Of a DNA stretch of 61,892 nucleotides, positions 47,523 to 56,967 are shown piece by piece. The stretch covers positions 1 through 61,892 of the IMG/VR virus record IMGVR_UViG_3300033741_000103; one strand, given 5' to 3'. Positions within the stretch are counted from its first letter, which is position 1. Each line of letters opens with the position of its first letter. This stretch comes from a virus (Duplodnaviria; Caudoviricetes). Below the pieces are notes generated by a model. That model did not search any database, was not told the DNA's origin, and was given only the letters and a program-made list of their open reading frames with translations. A program made the position numbers and the translations under genes.

Positions 47523-48152
47523 ATGGACATCCTCAGTGAAATCGCTGCGACACTCGGCACCACCGAAGAAAAGGTAAATGCGCGGATCGCGGGCTTGAAG
47601 CTCGGCCCAATCTGTTCGCGTTGCGGCGGATCAGGGAGCTACAGCTTTAACCAGATCGACGGAAGCCGGTGCTATGGCTGCAACGGCTCGGGTCATACAA
47701 ACCCCAAGACGAGCGACCTTCCCGGTATCCTAGAAGCGGCAAAAGCTGCTGTCTCGAACGGCGATCTGGAGCGTTATTTGCAAATCCTGAAAGACCGGAG
47801 TTTCTGCAAGAGAGCGATGAGCCAGATCTTTGCGGCTTGGACTGAAACATCAGTAGCGAAGGCTCTAGGTAGCTCAGGATCTCATATGATCAAAGAGGAT
47901 GAAGTCGCGGGGCTGGCCGAGGTTCGGTCTGCTAACAAGCTGATGGCTGACGCACAGCAGCGCTTTTCAGCCGTTCAATATGACAAGACACTCTGCCCCA
48001 CAAAAAAGGCCGAGATCGCCCGCGCGTCCATCGATGCAATCAATGCCGCTGACTTCGACGTGCCAGCTCAGACCATCACAGAGATGAATCGCTGGATGAG
48101 CCAATTTCGTGAGCGCCAAGCAGCGTATTTCGAGGAACATAAAGGAAGTTGA
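47523..48152 (+). CDS. Protein with DnaJ-type CxxCxGxG Zn finger
   Basis: CSRCGGSG...CYGCNGSG. Confidence 0.7.
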   Translation: MDILSEIAATLGTTEEKVNARIAGLKLGPICSRCGGSGSYSFNQIDGSRCYGCNGSGHTNPKTSDLPGILEAAKAAVSNGDLERYLQILKDRSFCKRAMSQIFAAWTETSVAKALGSSGSHMIKEDEVAGLAEVRSANKLMADAQQRFSAVQYDKTLCPTKKAEIARASIDAINAADFDVPAQTITEMNRWMSQFRERQAAYFEEHKGS

Positions 48153-48153
48153 T

Positions 48154-48408
48154 ATGACTTGTGAGGTTGTTGAAATATCCATTTGGGGCCGGAACAACGA
48201 CGGCAAGGTGAGATCCGGTGAATGCACCTTTCGGGATGGGAAGAAGTGGAGGTGGAGTCGCTCCCTCATGGATGGAAGTTATTACTTCACCATCGACAGC
48301 GGGATGCCGTCGCAATGGTCGATGGCAAATTATGGGAGGATGATTAGCCCGCCAAAGCGCGTAACGGCGCTAAAAAAGAAACTGCAACAGGAAGGGGAAA
48401 AGATATGA
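48154..48408 (+). CDS. Small hypothetical protein
   Basis: AAAGGA RBS. Confidence 0.6.
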   Translation: MTCEVVEISIWGRNNDGKVRSGECTFRDGKKWRWSRSLMDGSYYFTIDSGMPSQWSMANYGRMISPPKRVTALKKKLQQEGEKI

Positions 48409-49883
48409 CTGATCAAAGCAACATGCCCGCCACACTGCGCCGCCTATCTGACATCGTTGATGAGTACGACCAGAAGCGCGCCGCGATGCAGGACAGCATC
48501 AAAGAGTTTCACACTGCGGCCAATGCGCTCGAGAGCCAGACCGTCATTGGCGGCACCTATGTCGGATCGATCTGGTACGGCGCGGCCCCGCGCGTGCAGG
48601 AGCACACGTTTGAAGCCAACCTGCGCAAGTCGGCATGGCAACACGTCTACAAAGGTCTGAACCTTCACCGGATCGCGAGCGCCAGCGATCGCAAGAAATT
48701 CGAGGCTGAGTTTGAAAACTCGCCTGCCTTTACCCTCGACAACCTGCGCGCCACGTTCGGCGCCTATGTGGCGGATCCCCGGCATCACATCCTGAAAGGT
48801 CTGGCCGAGTGTTTCGTTGGTCTGGATCCGGCGTTCAAGAGCCATAGCAAGGTCAAGGTCGGCGTGGCCGGTCTGCCCAAGCGGGTGATCTTGCCCAATG
48901 TCGCCGGCGGATATGGTGCCTATGGCGAGGAACGGCTGAAAGACACGGTCAACGCGCTGCGCGTGTTCGAGGGCCGGCCGCATGTGGAATACCGCCCGTT
49001 CGCGCAATGGATCGCCAACGCCCAGCGCGATCTGGATGAATGGGGGCCGGGCTATCTTTACCGGGAAGGCCGGATGATCGAGCACGATGGCAAGGTATGG
49101 GCAGCAAAGCGGGATCTGCGCAAGCTGGACGCATGGGACGCTGACGACTGGACCGAGTGGCAGGATCCAGAACCGGGCCTTGAGCTGCGCGTGTACGGCA
49201 ACGGCAACGGCCACCTGATCTTTTCAAAGGACAAGCTGCGCCAGATCAATCTGGCACTGGCTGAATTTTACGGCGACGTGCTGCCGGATGCTGAGGGCGA
49301 GGGGGATGACGAGGCGCAGGCCGACCGCGATCTGTTCCGGTCCCGCGAGGTTTCGACTGATCTGCAATACTACCCCACCCCGCAGAAGGTGATCGATCGC
49401 GTGCTGTCCTCCATCAGCCGGGGCGATAACGGCGGGGTGATCCTCGAGCCCAGCTGCGGCGATGGCCGGATGCTCGACACGATCCGCAAGGTCTGGCCTA
49501 GCGCCAAGCGGTTGGGTGTCGAGATCCATCCGGGCCGGGTCGAGGCGGCGCGCGCCAAGGGGCATCTGATCTACAAAGCCAATTTCCTTGAGATGACGCC
49601 AGTGGCCGAGCATGACCTGATCGTGATGAACCCGCCCTTTTACGGCAAGCACTGGAAAAAGCATCTGGCCCACGCGCGCAAGTTTCTGAAACCGCGCACG
49701 ACCCAATACGGCCAGTCTGGCGGAACGCTCATCTGCATCCTACCGGGCAGCGCTTTCTATGACGGCCACCTAGACGACATGGGCATCAGCGAGGCGGCTT
49801 GGACGGATCTGCCGGTTGCCTCATTCAACGAGAGCGGAACCAACATCCCCACCGGCTATGTCGTGATCGGAGCGGGCCGATGA
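48405..49883 (+). CDS. DUF4942 plus amino-DNA-methyltransferase domain protein
   Basis: YYPTP, ILEPSCGDG, VMNPPF, SFNESGT; YGNGNGHL. Confidence 0.8.
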   Translation: MTDQSNMPATLRRLSDIVDEYDQKRAAMQDSIKEFHTAANALESQTVIGGTYVGSIWYGAAPRVQEHTFEANLRKSAWQHVYKGLNLHRIASASDRKKFEAEFENSPAFTLDNLRATFGAYVADPRHHILKGLAECFVGLDPAFKSHSKVKVGVAGLPKRVILPNVAGGYGAYGEERLKDTVNALRVFEGRPHVEYRPFAQWIANAQRDLDEWGPGYLYREGRMIEHDGKVWAAKRDLRKLDAWDADDWTEWQDPEPGLELRVYGNGNGHLIFSKDKLRQINLALAEFYGDVLPDAEGEGDDEAQADRDLFRSREVSTDLQYYPTPQKVIDRVLSSISRGDNGGVILEPSCGDGRMLDTIRKVWPSAKRLGVEIHPGRVEAARAKGHLIYKANFLEMTPVAEHDLIVMNPPFYGKHWKKHLAHARKFLKPRTTQYGQSGGTLICILPGSAFYDGHLDDMGISEAAWTDLPVASFNESGTNIPTGYVVIGAGR

Positions 49884-50269
49884 ACCGGGATGACATTATC
49901 AACTTGAGCGGCTGCCGGATATGCAGTGTGCAGGCTGGATCCCCCTGCCTGACAGGAGAAGGCGGTGAGCGAAAGCGCTGCCACGTCGAAAGGCTCTACA
50001 GCGCTCAGGACCGGCGAAATGGCAAACGCGACAGGACGACAGGCAAGGTCAACTGGACACCCTTTGCCGAACAGCGTTGCCCCGTCTGCCGGAAGATGTT
50101 GAGGGATAGCAAGGGCGCGATCCAGCACGCGATCGACGCGCACGGCCTCAAGCGGGATGACGTGCTCAGGCTGCGCGTTAAATTCATGGCCGAGAATGAT
50201 CGCTTAGCCAGAAAGCCCGCTGAACCCGCCTCGGATGATTTTGACTTGATCGATGACAGCGACGTGTAA
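49880..50269 (+). CDS. Zn-finger protein
   Basis: CRIC...C...CH and CPVC...H...H. Confidence 0.6.
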   Translation: MNRDDIINLSGCRICSVQAGSPCLTGEGGERKRCHVERLYSAQDRRNGKRDRTTGKVNWTPFAEQRCPVCRKMLRDSKGAIQHAIDAHGLKRDDVLRLRVKFMAENDRLARKPAEPASDDFDLIDDSDV

Positions 50270-50296
50270 CCTATTGCGATAGTGTGTATATTTTAC

Positions 50297-50358
50297 TTGC
50301 ACACCATCGCTACTTGCGATATACGTTGATTAAGGGCAATGGAGCCCGTCACAAAGGA
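50297..50358 (+). promoter_or_regulatory. Promoter-operator-hairpin-RBS cassette
   Basis: TTGCAC, TCGCTACTTGCGA (50307), TATACG, GGGCAATGGAGCCC (50334), AAAGGA. Confidence 0.8.
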
Positions 50359-50366
50359 ACGCCGCC

Positions 50367-50585
50367 ATGATCCGCCAAACAGCCTCAGCAACAGACTTTG
50401 CAAAATGGGAAGCCCAAGCCCGCGAGATGGATGAAGCCGGGCTGTTCTACGCTCTGAACGATTGCCGGAAGGCAGCCGAAGCGATGAAGGGCTGGAACCC
50501 CGAGCGCGAAGGCTACTACGCAGATCAGGCTTTCACCTTTGCCGACGAGATCCGGCGCCGCCGCAACGAGAGGAAAGCAGCATGA
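50367..50585 (+). CDS. Small hypothetical protein
   Basis: After the cassette RBS. Confidence 0.7.
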   Translation: MIRQTASATDFAKWEAQAREMDEAGLFYALNDCRKAAEAMKGWNPEREGYYADQAFTFADEIRRRRNERKAA

Positions 50586-50878
50586 ACATCCTTCACAATC
50601 GCCCAAACGCATACGCCGACCGGCTCAAGCCTTCTTTCGGGATCCCGGAGATCAAGCCGAAGCCGGGCGAAACATTCGACAGGGAAAACGATCTTTGGCT
50701 CAGCGACTGCGGGACGATAGTTTACCACCGCGACGGGCATATCACTCAGGGCACCGTCTTGAGCGCCACCAGCGATGCGCTGATCGAATACGACCGCCGC
50801 CATATGACACCTTCGGCTTTTGCAGACTGCTACGCTGACGGCGACGAGAGTATGATGCTCTACGGCGCCAACGGCTAA
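50582..50878 (+). CDS. Small hypothetical protein
   Basis: ATGA overlap. Confidence 0.6.
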   Translation: MNILHNRPNAYADRLKPSFGIPEIKPKPGETFDRENDLWLSDCGTIVYHRDGHITQGTVLSATSDALIEYDRRHMTPSAFADCYADGDESMMLYGANG

Positions 50879-50906
50879 GGCCAAACCAATAGGGGCCAGC
50901 GTGCCC

Positions 50907-50927
50907 CGCAACCGGGCCATGACGCCC
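50907..50927 (+). promoter_or_regulatory. Promoter-less hairpin variant
   Basis: CGCAACC-GGGCCATGACGCCC before an RBS. Confidence 0.6.
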
Positions 50928-50945
50928 AGAGAGAGGGACGACAAG

Positions 50946-51137
50946 ATGATCGAGAAACTGAAAGACGGCGTAAGGGTCTGGGAGCCAACGCACCCCCAAG
51001 ACATCGCCCTGCTGCAGCGCGCTGAGGGCTCGCTGTTCGGCGAAACCACATTCCCGAGCGGCTGGAAGTCACCAGCTGGAACACAGACCGCGCGCAATGG
51101 CGTGCTGGTCGAGAACATCGAAGGGTCGCAGACATGA
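50946..51137 (+). CDS. Small hypothetical protein
   Basis: GAGGGA RBS after the hairpin. Confidence 0.55.
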   Translation: MIEKLKDGVRVWEPTHPQDIALLQRAEGSLFGETTFPSGWKSPAGTQTARNGVLVENIEGSQT

Positions 51138-51850
51138 GCGCCGATAACCTGAAATCCATCATCAAGCGGATCCGCGCGATGCGCGCCAAGGCCAGCAATG
51201 ACGCCTCGAGCGAGGCCGAAGCGGAAGCCGCCGCCGGTCGCGCCGCAAAGCTGATGGCCGAATATGATCTGGCCGAAAGCGATCTCGGATCTGATCAGGA
51301 GCGCGACGAGGTCGCCTATGCCACCGCGAGTGGCGGCAAGACATTGCACCCGGTCGATCGTGGTACGGCAATGGCGATCGCCAAGCTGACCGAAACTGAG
51401 GTCTGGCAAAGCGATGGCAGGCTGAACTTTGCCGGGATGCCGATGGATCTCGAGATGGCGATCTATCTGGTGGAGATGCTGCGCAGCGCGGCCGAGCGCG
51501 GTTGGATGGGTGGCTATGCCGATCAGCCGATGACAGGCCGGATGGCGGTCGGTGATTTCCGCGATGGGTTTTATCTCGCCTTTGCCAGCCATGTGTCACA
51601 GAGGATCATGGATCTGGCCCGAGAGCGCGAGGCGGCGCGTGCCACGTCGACCGGCACGGATCTGATGATCACTAAGCGCGGCCTGATCACCACCAAGCTG
51701 AAAGAGGATGGGCTGCGCCTTAAAACGCGCAAGACCAAGCAGCGCAGCGGATCCCATGCTGGCCGAGATGCCGGGCAGGCGGCAGCCGGAAAGGTTGGCT
51801 TTGGCCGGCCGATCACATCGACATCGAGCGGCACCCGCCAACTGACATAA
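51134..51850 (+). CDS. DUF2786-domain protein
   Basis: IIKRIRAMRAKA...EAEAAAGRAAKLMAEYDL. Confidence 0.75.
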   Translation: MSADNLKSIIKRIRAMRAKASNDASSEAEAEAAAGRAAKLMAEYDLAESDLGSDQERDEVAYATASGGKTLHPVDRGTAMAIAKLTETEVWQSDGRLNFAGMPMDLEMAIYLVEMLRSAAERGWMGGYADQPMTGRMAVGDFRDGFYLAFASHVSQRIMDLAREREAARATSTGTDLMITKRGLITTKLKEDGLRLKTRKTKQRSGSHAGRDAGQAAAGKVGFGRPITSTSSGTRQLT

Positions 51851-51946
51851 AATAGCCCGCTGGGGCGCGGAACGCCTGCGCCCCACCCCATCACACCCGC
51901 CACGGACGTTTGAGACGTCACAGGCAGATACAGGAGGCCATAGGCC

Positions 51947-52252
51947 ATGTCCGACACTAAGTTTATTCCAGAGGGCCACCAGCCCTACACCGTCTTACTT
52001 ATGATGAGCGACGACTTGCGCAGCGACGAGTGTTGCGCCTCAGATTGGGTTCGCCGGGTCTATGTCGAGGGTGAGGCCAGCAAAGCCGGGATTGAACGGA
52101 TGATTAAGATCGCCCGTTGTGATCTGGCGGATATGTTCGGCTGGACGGATCCAGATGACGATCCAGATCCGGTTGAGGTCGAGCAGCGCAAGAGCGCTAT
52201 GGAGCCGGTTGCGATCTATGCCGGGCATATTTTTGACATCTATCAGCCATGA
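51947..52252 (+). CDS. Hypothetical protein
   Basis: AGGAGG RBS. Confidence 0.65.
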   Translation: MSDTKFIPEGHQPYTVLLMMSDDLRSDECCASDWVRRVYVEGEASKAGIERMIKIARCDLADMFGWTDPDDDPDPVEVEQRKSAMEPVAIYAGHIFDIYQP

Positions 52253-52440
52253 CACTCGACACCGATCATCAGCGCGCCGACATCAACGCGCATCCATCCT
52301 ATGCCCTTGGCTTTAATGATGCCGCCAACCTTGAGCCGCTTTTTGATGATGCGAGTCCAGAATATCGAGCCGGTTGGCTCGGCTACCAAATTGCTAGGTC
52401 GGCATTTTATACCCTTGCTGGATCTCGCTACTCGCGATAG
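52249..52440 (+). CDS. Small hypothetical protein
   Basis: ATGA overlap; 3' end runs into the next promoter. Confidence 0.5.
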   Translation: MTLDTDHQRADINAHPSYALGFNDAANLEPLFDDASPEYRAGWLGYQIARSAFYTLAGSRYSR

Positions 52441-52504
52441 TTTTACCTATCTGGCAATGAAGCCCGCACTTTGGATGATGAGTGTTCGCCCTCTAACGAA
52501 AGGA
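52415..52504 (+). promoter_or_regulatory. Promoter-operator-hairpin-RBS cassette with extended leader
   Basis: TTGCTG, TCGCTACTCGCGA (52425), TAGTTT, GGCAATGAAGCC (52453), GAAAGGA (52498). Confidence 0.7.
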
Positions 52505-52511
52505 GCCAGCC

Positions 52512-52526
52512 ATGCACCGGGACTAA
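52512..52526 (+). other. Minigene Met-His-Arg-Asp-stop
   Basis: ATG CAC CGG GAC TAA after a GAAAGGAG RBS. Confidence 0.4.
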
Positions 52527-52542
52527 AGATCCCACGCGACAC

Positions 52543-52571
52543 CCACCCGGCCAAGCGCCGGGTGGTTTTCT
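52543..52571 (+). terminator. Intrinsic terminator
   Basis: CCACCCGG/CCGGGTGG followed by TTTTCT. Confidence 0.7.
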
Positions 52572-52604
52572 ATTGAACCGAAAAACAGCAAAGGAAGAAC
52601 CGAG

Positions 52605-52916
52605 ATGAAACAGACAATCGCCATAGCCGCCACAGCCCTTGCGCTGATGAGCGCGCCGGCACTCGCCAAGGAATCGCCCGCCAATAACTGCAAGTTGCTG
52701 GGCGATGTCGCCGGTAAGATCATGTCCCTGCGACAGGATGGCGTTACGCCGTCGCAGCTGATGGACGCCCTCAGCAGCGATAAATTCGACCAGCTGATCT
52801 TGGTCGCCTTTAACACGCCGCGCTACTCGTCGCCGGATTTCAAGACCACCGCCGTTGAGGACTTTCGGTCAGAGATCGAGGTTGAGTGCTACCGAAAGGC
52901 TGGAGCAGCGGAATGA
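52605..52916 (+). CDS. Secreted/periplasmic protein
   Basis: Signal peptide MKQTIAIAATALALMSAPALA; Cys pair. Confidence 0.75.
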   Translation: MKQTIAIAATALALMSAPALAKESPANNCKLLGDVAGKIMSLRQDGVTPSQLMDALSSDKFDQLILVAFNTPRYSSPDFKTTAVEDFRSEIEVECYRKAGAAE

Positions 52917-53644
52917 AGTATATCGCCGTCGACACCGAAACGACCGGGATGGATCCTGAAAAGGATAAGCTGGTCGAGATCGCCGCCGTGCCGAGCAAAG
53001 GCGTTCACCGCAGCACGCTGGTCAATCCCGGCGTGAAGCAAATCGACTTTGGCGCAATGGCCGTCCATCACATCACTCAGGACATGGTCAAGGATGCGCC
53101 CGGGCCGCTCGATGCGATCGCCGCGGTTGGTCTGGCGGATCTGGATAAGACCGATACGCTGGTATTTCACAACGCCGAATTTGATCGCCGGTTTCTGCCG
53201 TCAAACCTGTTGGCTCAGCCTTGGATCTGTACCTATCGCTGCGCGCTGCATTTGGTGCCCAACGCGGAAAGCCACAGTAACGGCTCGCTTTGGTATGAGC
53301 TGGGCCTAGATCATCCCATGCCAGAGGACGCCGGGAAGATGCCGCACCGGGCGCTGTTCGACGCCATTATGACCTTCGACATCGTGAGCCACTTTATCGA
53401 CAAGCACTTTGTCGAAAGCGCTGACGCAGATCCGACGAAGCTCGATATTGGCATGGCGCTGGCCTATCTGATCTCGCTATCGACCAGCCCGGTTGTCCTG
53501 AGCAAGTGCAATTTCGGAAAGCACCGGGGCCAAAGCTGGGCGGAAATTCCGTCCGACTTTATGCGCTGGGTGTTGAAGCAGGATTTCGACTTTGACACGC
53601 GCTTTACCTGCCAGCACTGGCTGACCGAGAGGAGGCACGGATAA
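52913..53644 (+). CDS. DEDDh 3'-5' exonuclease (exonuclease X-like)
   Basis: VDTETTG, HNAEFD, HRALFDA, FGKHRG. Confidence 0.9.
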   Translation: MKYIAVDTETTGMDPEKDKLVEIAAVPSKGVHRSTLVNPGVKQIDFGAMAVHHITQDMVKDAPGPLDAIAAVGLADLDKTDTLVFHNAEFDRRFLPSNLLAQPWICTYRCALHLVPNAESHSNGSLWYELGLDHPMPEDAGKMPHRALFDAIMTFDIVSHFIDKHFVESADADPTKLDIGMALAYLISLSTSPVVLSKCNFGKHRGQSWAEIPSDFMRWVLKQDFDFDTRFTCQHWLTERRHG

Positions 53645-53871
53645 TGGCACGGAAGCGGGTGCCGCCGCCGTACCGCTATTTCAAGGCGCGGTGGCAGCTG
53701 CGCGGTGGGCATGTTGATGTCGATATGTTCGTCGCAAATCATCCCTCCCTGACATTCCAGAACATGGGCAAGCTGGTGATGTCTGAGGAGGATTTTAAGG
53801 TGTTCAGAAAGTCGTCGCCCAATTTCAATTTCGAGAAACGAGAGGATCAAAGTGATGCCGTCAGTCGATAA
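53644..53871 (+). CDS. Small hypothetical protein
   Basis: TAATG overlap. Confidence 0.55.
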   Translation: MARKRVPPPYRYFKARWQLRGGHVDVDMFVANHPSLTFQNMGKLVMSEEDFKVFRKSSPNFNFEKREDQSDAVSR

Positions 53872-54166
53872 AATGGTGAAGGGTAAAATCCGTAAACTTG
53901 CCCGCGAGGGGCGCCTCATCGATGAGGCGTTCAATATCTTCCAGCGCAAGGTTTTTACCGGAGCGCCAGAGTCTCAGGTCGAGGCGATGCGGATCTGCTT
54001 CTTTGCGGGCGCGGCTGAGCTGCACGCGCTTATGATGGCTTCACTTGATGAAGGCGTCTCGGAAACGGATGACGATATGACGTTTATGACGCAGTGGGTC
54101 GATGAGCTTGAGGCATTTCATCTCAAGGTCATCGCCGCAGACGCAGCAAAGGGGATGAGAAATTGA
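53852..54166 (+). CDS. Hypothetical phage protein
   Basis: GAGGA RBS; MRICFFAGA. Confidence 0.65.
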   Translation: MMPSVDKMVKGKIRKLAREGRLIDEAFNIFQRKVFTGAPESQVEAMRICFFAGAAELHALMMASLDEGVSETDDDMTFMTQWVDELEAFHLKVIAADAAKGMRN

Positions 54167-54453
54167 TCCGGCAATATGGTGCAACCTGCGGCCGGGTCAG
54201 ATTGATCGACACGCCGCGCGGCCGTATGGATGGCGGGGTTATTCCAGCTGGGTCGATATGTCGGCCGGGTGGCTGGATGCCCCGCGTCATTGTCGAGGCG
54301 TGGATCCCGAGAGAGTACGGCACATGGGATCCGGCCAGCCGTCAGATGGAAAGCAAGAGGATCCGGGGTGGGCATATTGCCCAAGTCCGGTGCCTCGGCA
54401 CTGGCCGACAATTCAAGATCAGCGACGTGTGGCTGATCGATAACGAGGAATGA
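54163..54453 (+). CDS. Hypothetical protein
   Basis: TTGA overlap. Confidence 0.55.
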   Translation: MIRQYGATCGRVRLIDTPRGRMDGGVIPAGSICRPGGWMPRVIVEAWIPREYGTWDPASRQMESKRIRGGHIAQVRCLGTGRQFKISDVWLIDNEE

Positions 54454-54462
54454 GGATATTCG

Positions 54463-54843
54463 ATGACCGAGCAGAGTAAAAAACGAGCGGCGTTCTGGAT
54501 GTGGATCGAGAAGGATCCGGTGCGCTGCTACCGGCTGTTCAAGGGCGACTGGGCGGATTACGTCGAACGGCTGCCAGACTACATGCGGCCCGGAGTGGTG
54601 CGGTACATCCTTTTCGGCGTTAAGCCGGGATCCTTTCTCTGCGCAATTTTCGCCGCTGAGTGGCATCTCGCCGGCATAAAGGCTGACGCCGTGAACGCCG
54701 GGCTGATCTCCACCTATCGGGAGCTTCTGGCGTCCGGGTGCCCAAGCGAGTGCTGGGGATCCAGTCAGAGCGTGAGGGAGTGGTGCGTGGATGGCGGATT
54801 GCTCCGTGGCTCAGATCTGCCAGAGGTTCCAGATGACGCATAA
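54463..54843 (+). CDS. Hypothetical phage protein
   Basis: GAGGA RBS; RYILFGVKPGSFL. Confidence 0.65.
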   Translation: MTEQSKKRAAFWMWIEKDPVRCYRLFKGDWADYVERLPDYMRPGVVRYILFGVKPGSFLCAIFAAEWHLAGIKADAVNAGLISTYRELLASGCPSECWGSSQSVREWCVDGGLLRGSDLPEVPDDA

Positions 54844-55174
54844 AGGCATAGATCCAATCATCGCCCGAAGTATGGAAGAAAAGATGATCAAGGCGTTGGG
54901 GGGCGCCGGGAAAAGCCGGGTGAAATCTGAGCGCGCAGCCTCTAAGAGGATCACGAGAACGATGATCGAGGCTGAGGAAAAGCGCGAGATGGTGCTCAGC
55001 CTTCTCAAATCAGACGGCCCGCTTTCAATAGAGGATCTGATCAAGAGGATCCCGTCGATGGGCCATGTGCAAGTCAAAGGCCAGCTGACCAAACTCAAAG
55101 AGCGGCAGCTTGCCAAGAATATCGGCAAAGGTAGCGTCAGCTTATGGGTTGCCGTGAACACGTCCCGTCCATAG
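54833..55174 (+). CDS. Winged-helix-like protein
   Basis: VLSLLKSDGPLSIEDLI...LTKLKERQLA. Confidence 0.55.
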   Translation: MTHKGIDPIIARSMEEKMIKALGGAGKSRVKSERAASKRITRTMIEAEEKREMVLSLLKSDGPLSIEDLIKRIPSMGHVQVKGQLTKLKERQLAKNIGKGSVSLWVAVNTSRP

Positions 55175-55222
55175 CAATATGGGCGGGATCGCCGCTTTTC
55201 AGTGTAAACTGTCGATTTGCAC

Positions 55223-55287
55223 TTGCGGGATCTCGCTACCATCGATAAGTGTTGGTTATAGGCAATGAAGCCTGACACCTGAAAGGA
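55223..55287 (+). promoter_or_regulatory. Promoter-operator-hairpin-RBS cassette
   Basis: TTGCGG, TCGCTACCATCGA (55233), TAAGTG, AGGCAATGAAGCCT (55260), GAAAGGA. Confidence 0.75.
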
Positions 55288-55294
55288 CGATCAA

Positions 55295-55612
55295 ATGAAT
55301 ATCCGCATCGACATACGCACAGAAGTTTTCGACATCCGAGAAGCGACGGCAGCCACCATCGAAAAGGCGATGCTGCAGGTCCAGCAGGGTGTTCACGAAA
55401 TCGTTGCTGAGCACGATTACAAAAGCGAGGCGGGCCGTCAGCTCATCGAGATGAAAGTCTCGAAAATGATCCTGTCAGAAGCCAAGCGCATCAACAGCAC
55501 CGGGCACATGACCGATAGCGTCGAAGGCTTCATCAACGCCCAGATCGTTAAGAAACTGGTCAACGAAGCTGCAGAACCGGGATCCATGATTGTGACCGCG
55601 ATCTATAGCTAA
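55295..55612 (+). CDS. Hypothetical protein
   Basis: After the cassette RBS. Confidence 0.7.
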   Translation: MNIRIDIRTEVFDIREATAATIEKAMLQVQQGVHEIVAEHDYKSEAGRQLIEMKVSKMILSEAKRINSTGHMTDSVEGFINAQIVKKLVNEAAEPGSMIVTAIYS

Positions 55613-55644
55613 TCGAGCGGGGCCGGGCAACCGGCTCCCCCATG

Positions 55645-55673
55645 AACCGGGCAACGAAGCCCAACGGAAAGGA
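55645..55673 (+). promoter_or_regulatory. Promoter-less hairpin plus RBS
   Basis: AACC-GGGCAACGAAGCCC (55649), GAAAGGA; preceded by a GCAA-loop hairpin at 55619-55638. Confidence 0.7.
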
Positions 55674-55676
55674 TAA

Positions 55677-55952
55677 ATGATGGCTTTGACAGTTCAGGAT
55701 TTTTGCGGGAACCGCCTCGAGATCGTTCCGGCTGAGGGTGATACCACAGTCACGATCGCGGATCTGGCGCAGTTCGTCACATTCGACAGCCAAGCCGCGC
55801 GCGCCAAGGGGGATCCTGAGCATAAGGCAGCCTATCACGCGCTGCGGGATCACTACGCCAAGCATGAAATGCAGGCCGGTGGCTACCATCCCGAAACCGG
55901 CTTCTGGGTCGTGTTCAAGGATGGCAGTTCCATCCGTTACAATCACAATTAA
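55677..55952 (+). CDS. Hypothetical protein
   Basis: After hairpin and RBS. Confidence 0.7.
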   Translation: MMALTVQDFCGNRLEIVPAEGDTTVTIADLAQFVTFDSQAARAKGDPEHKAAYHALRDHYAKHEMQAGGYHPETGFWVVFKDGSSIRYNHN

Positions 55953-55971
55953 AGGCAGAGAGGATAAGACT

Positions 55972-56247
55972 ATGACCAGAACCCACGAACAGCACATGGC
56001 TGCGAAGCACGCCAAGATGGCCCAGCGCAAAGCAGAAGAAGCCGCGCCCGTTACGTCCATCGACATGACGCCGACATTCGAGGAATCGGTGCGCTGCTCA
56101 ATCGCGCTTCTCGAGTGCGGTGACTATCAGGGCCGGAAATTCGCGCGCGAGGAGCTGCTGCGCTATGGCCGCGAGCTGGACCGGCTCAAAGCCGCCAGCG
56201 CCGGTTTGGCTTTCGACACCGCTGACACGCCGCTTGAGGGGGAATGA
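55972..56247 (+). CDS. Hypothetical protein
   Basis: GAGGA RBS. Confidence 0.6.
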   Translation: MTRTHEQHMAAKHAKMAQRKAEEAAPVTSIDMTPTFEESVRCSIALLECGDYQGRKFAREELLRYGRELDRLKAASAGLAFDTADTPLEGE

Positions 56248-56248
56248 G

Positions 56249-56671
56249 ATGACCCAGTATATTGTGAAAGCCGATGAGCCGTTTCCCGGCTACATCCAGT
56301 CGACCGTGCTGGACGATGGCACCGTCGCTTATACCGATGGCATGACGCCAGAGGATTACAGCAAGGATCGCGGCTATGCGATCCGCCTGATCGATGCGGC
56401 CGAGCTCACGCGCTTGTTCAACGAGCACGAAGCCGGCCTGATCACCGACCCCTCGCCCATCACTGAGGATGATTGGCATGATGCCTTGAATTGCCTGCCG
56501 CCGTCCCGCTGGGGCCACAGCCGCGGGGTCGAGCTGTTTCATATCAGCGAGCGGATCACCGGGGATCTGGTCGATTGGTTCGCGCAGGTTGGCGGTCAGT
56601 ATTTCCGGTTCGTTGATCTCTGCAACCGGGATCCCGCCGAGCTGGCCGCGAAAGTGGCTGCGAAGATCTGA
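56249..56671 (+). CDS. Hypothetical protein (DUF1419-like, tentative)
   Basis: LNCLPP...LFHISE...GQYF. Confidence 0.55.
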   Translation: MTQYIVKADEPFPGYIQSTVLDDGTVAYTDGMTPEDYSKDRGYAIRLIDAAELTRLFNEHEAGLITDPSPITEDDWHDALNCLPPSRWGHSRGVELFHISERITGDLVDWFAQVGGQYFRFVDLCNRDPAELAAKVAAKI

Positions 56672-56693
56672 CAGAGCGAGGGAGGCAATCAAA

Positions 56694-56948
56694 GTGGACA
56701 TCAACCTACATGAGAACGGCGCCACCTGCCCAGCCTGCGAGCTACGGCGAGAGGAGGAGAATACCAAGATCTCAGGTCGGGCCGACGTTCCGTGCAATAA
56801 TTGCGGCGGGACAGGCCGGATCTCAGCCGGGGTTCAGACCGTAATCAACATGAACACCGCTTGGGCCAAAAAGCATTATTGGCCCGAGCGAGAAGCGCGC
56901 TGGCGGATATTCAATGAAGCCCAAGAAAGACGCGCTGCGGCCCAGTAA
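56694..56948 (+). CDS. Small Zn-finger protein
   Basis: CPAC...CNNCGGTG; GGAGG RBS. Confidence 0.6.
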   Translation: MDINLHENGATCPACELRREEENTKISGRADVPCNNCGGTGRISAGVQTVINMNTAWAKKHYWPEREARWRIFNEAQERRAAAQ

Positions 56949-56967
56949 AATAAGGTGCGAATTGCAC

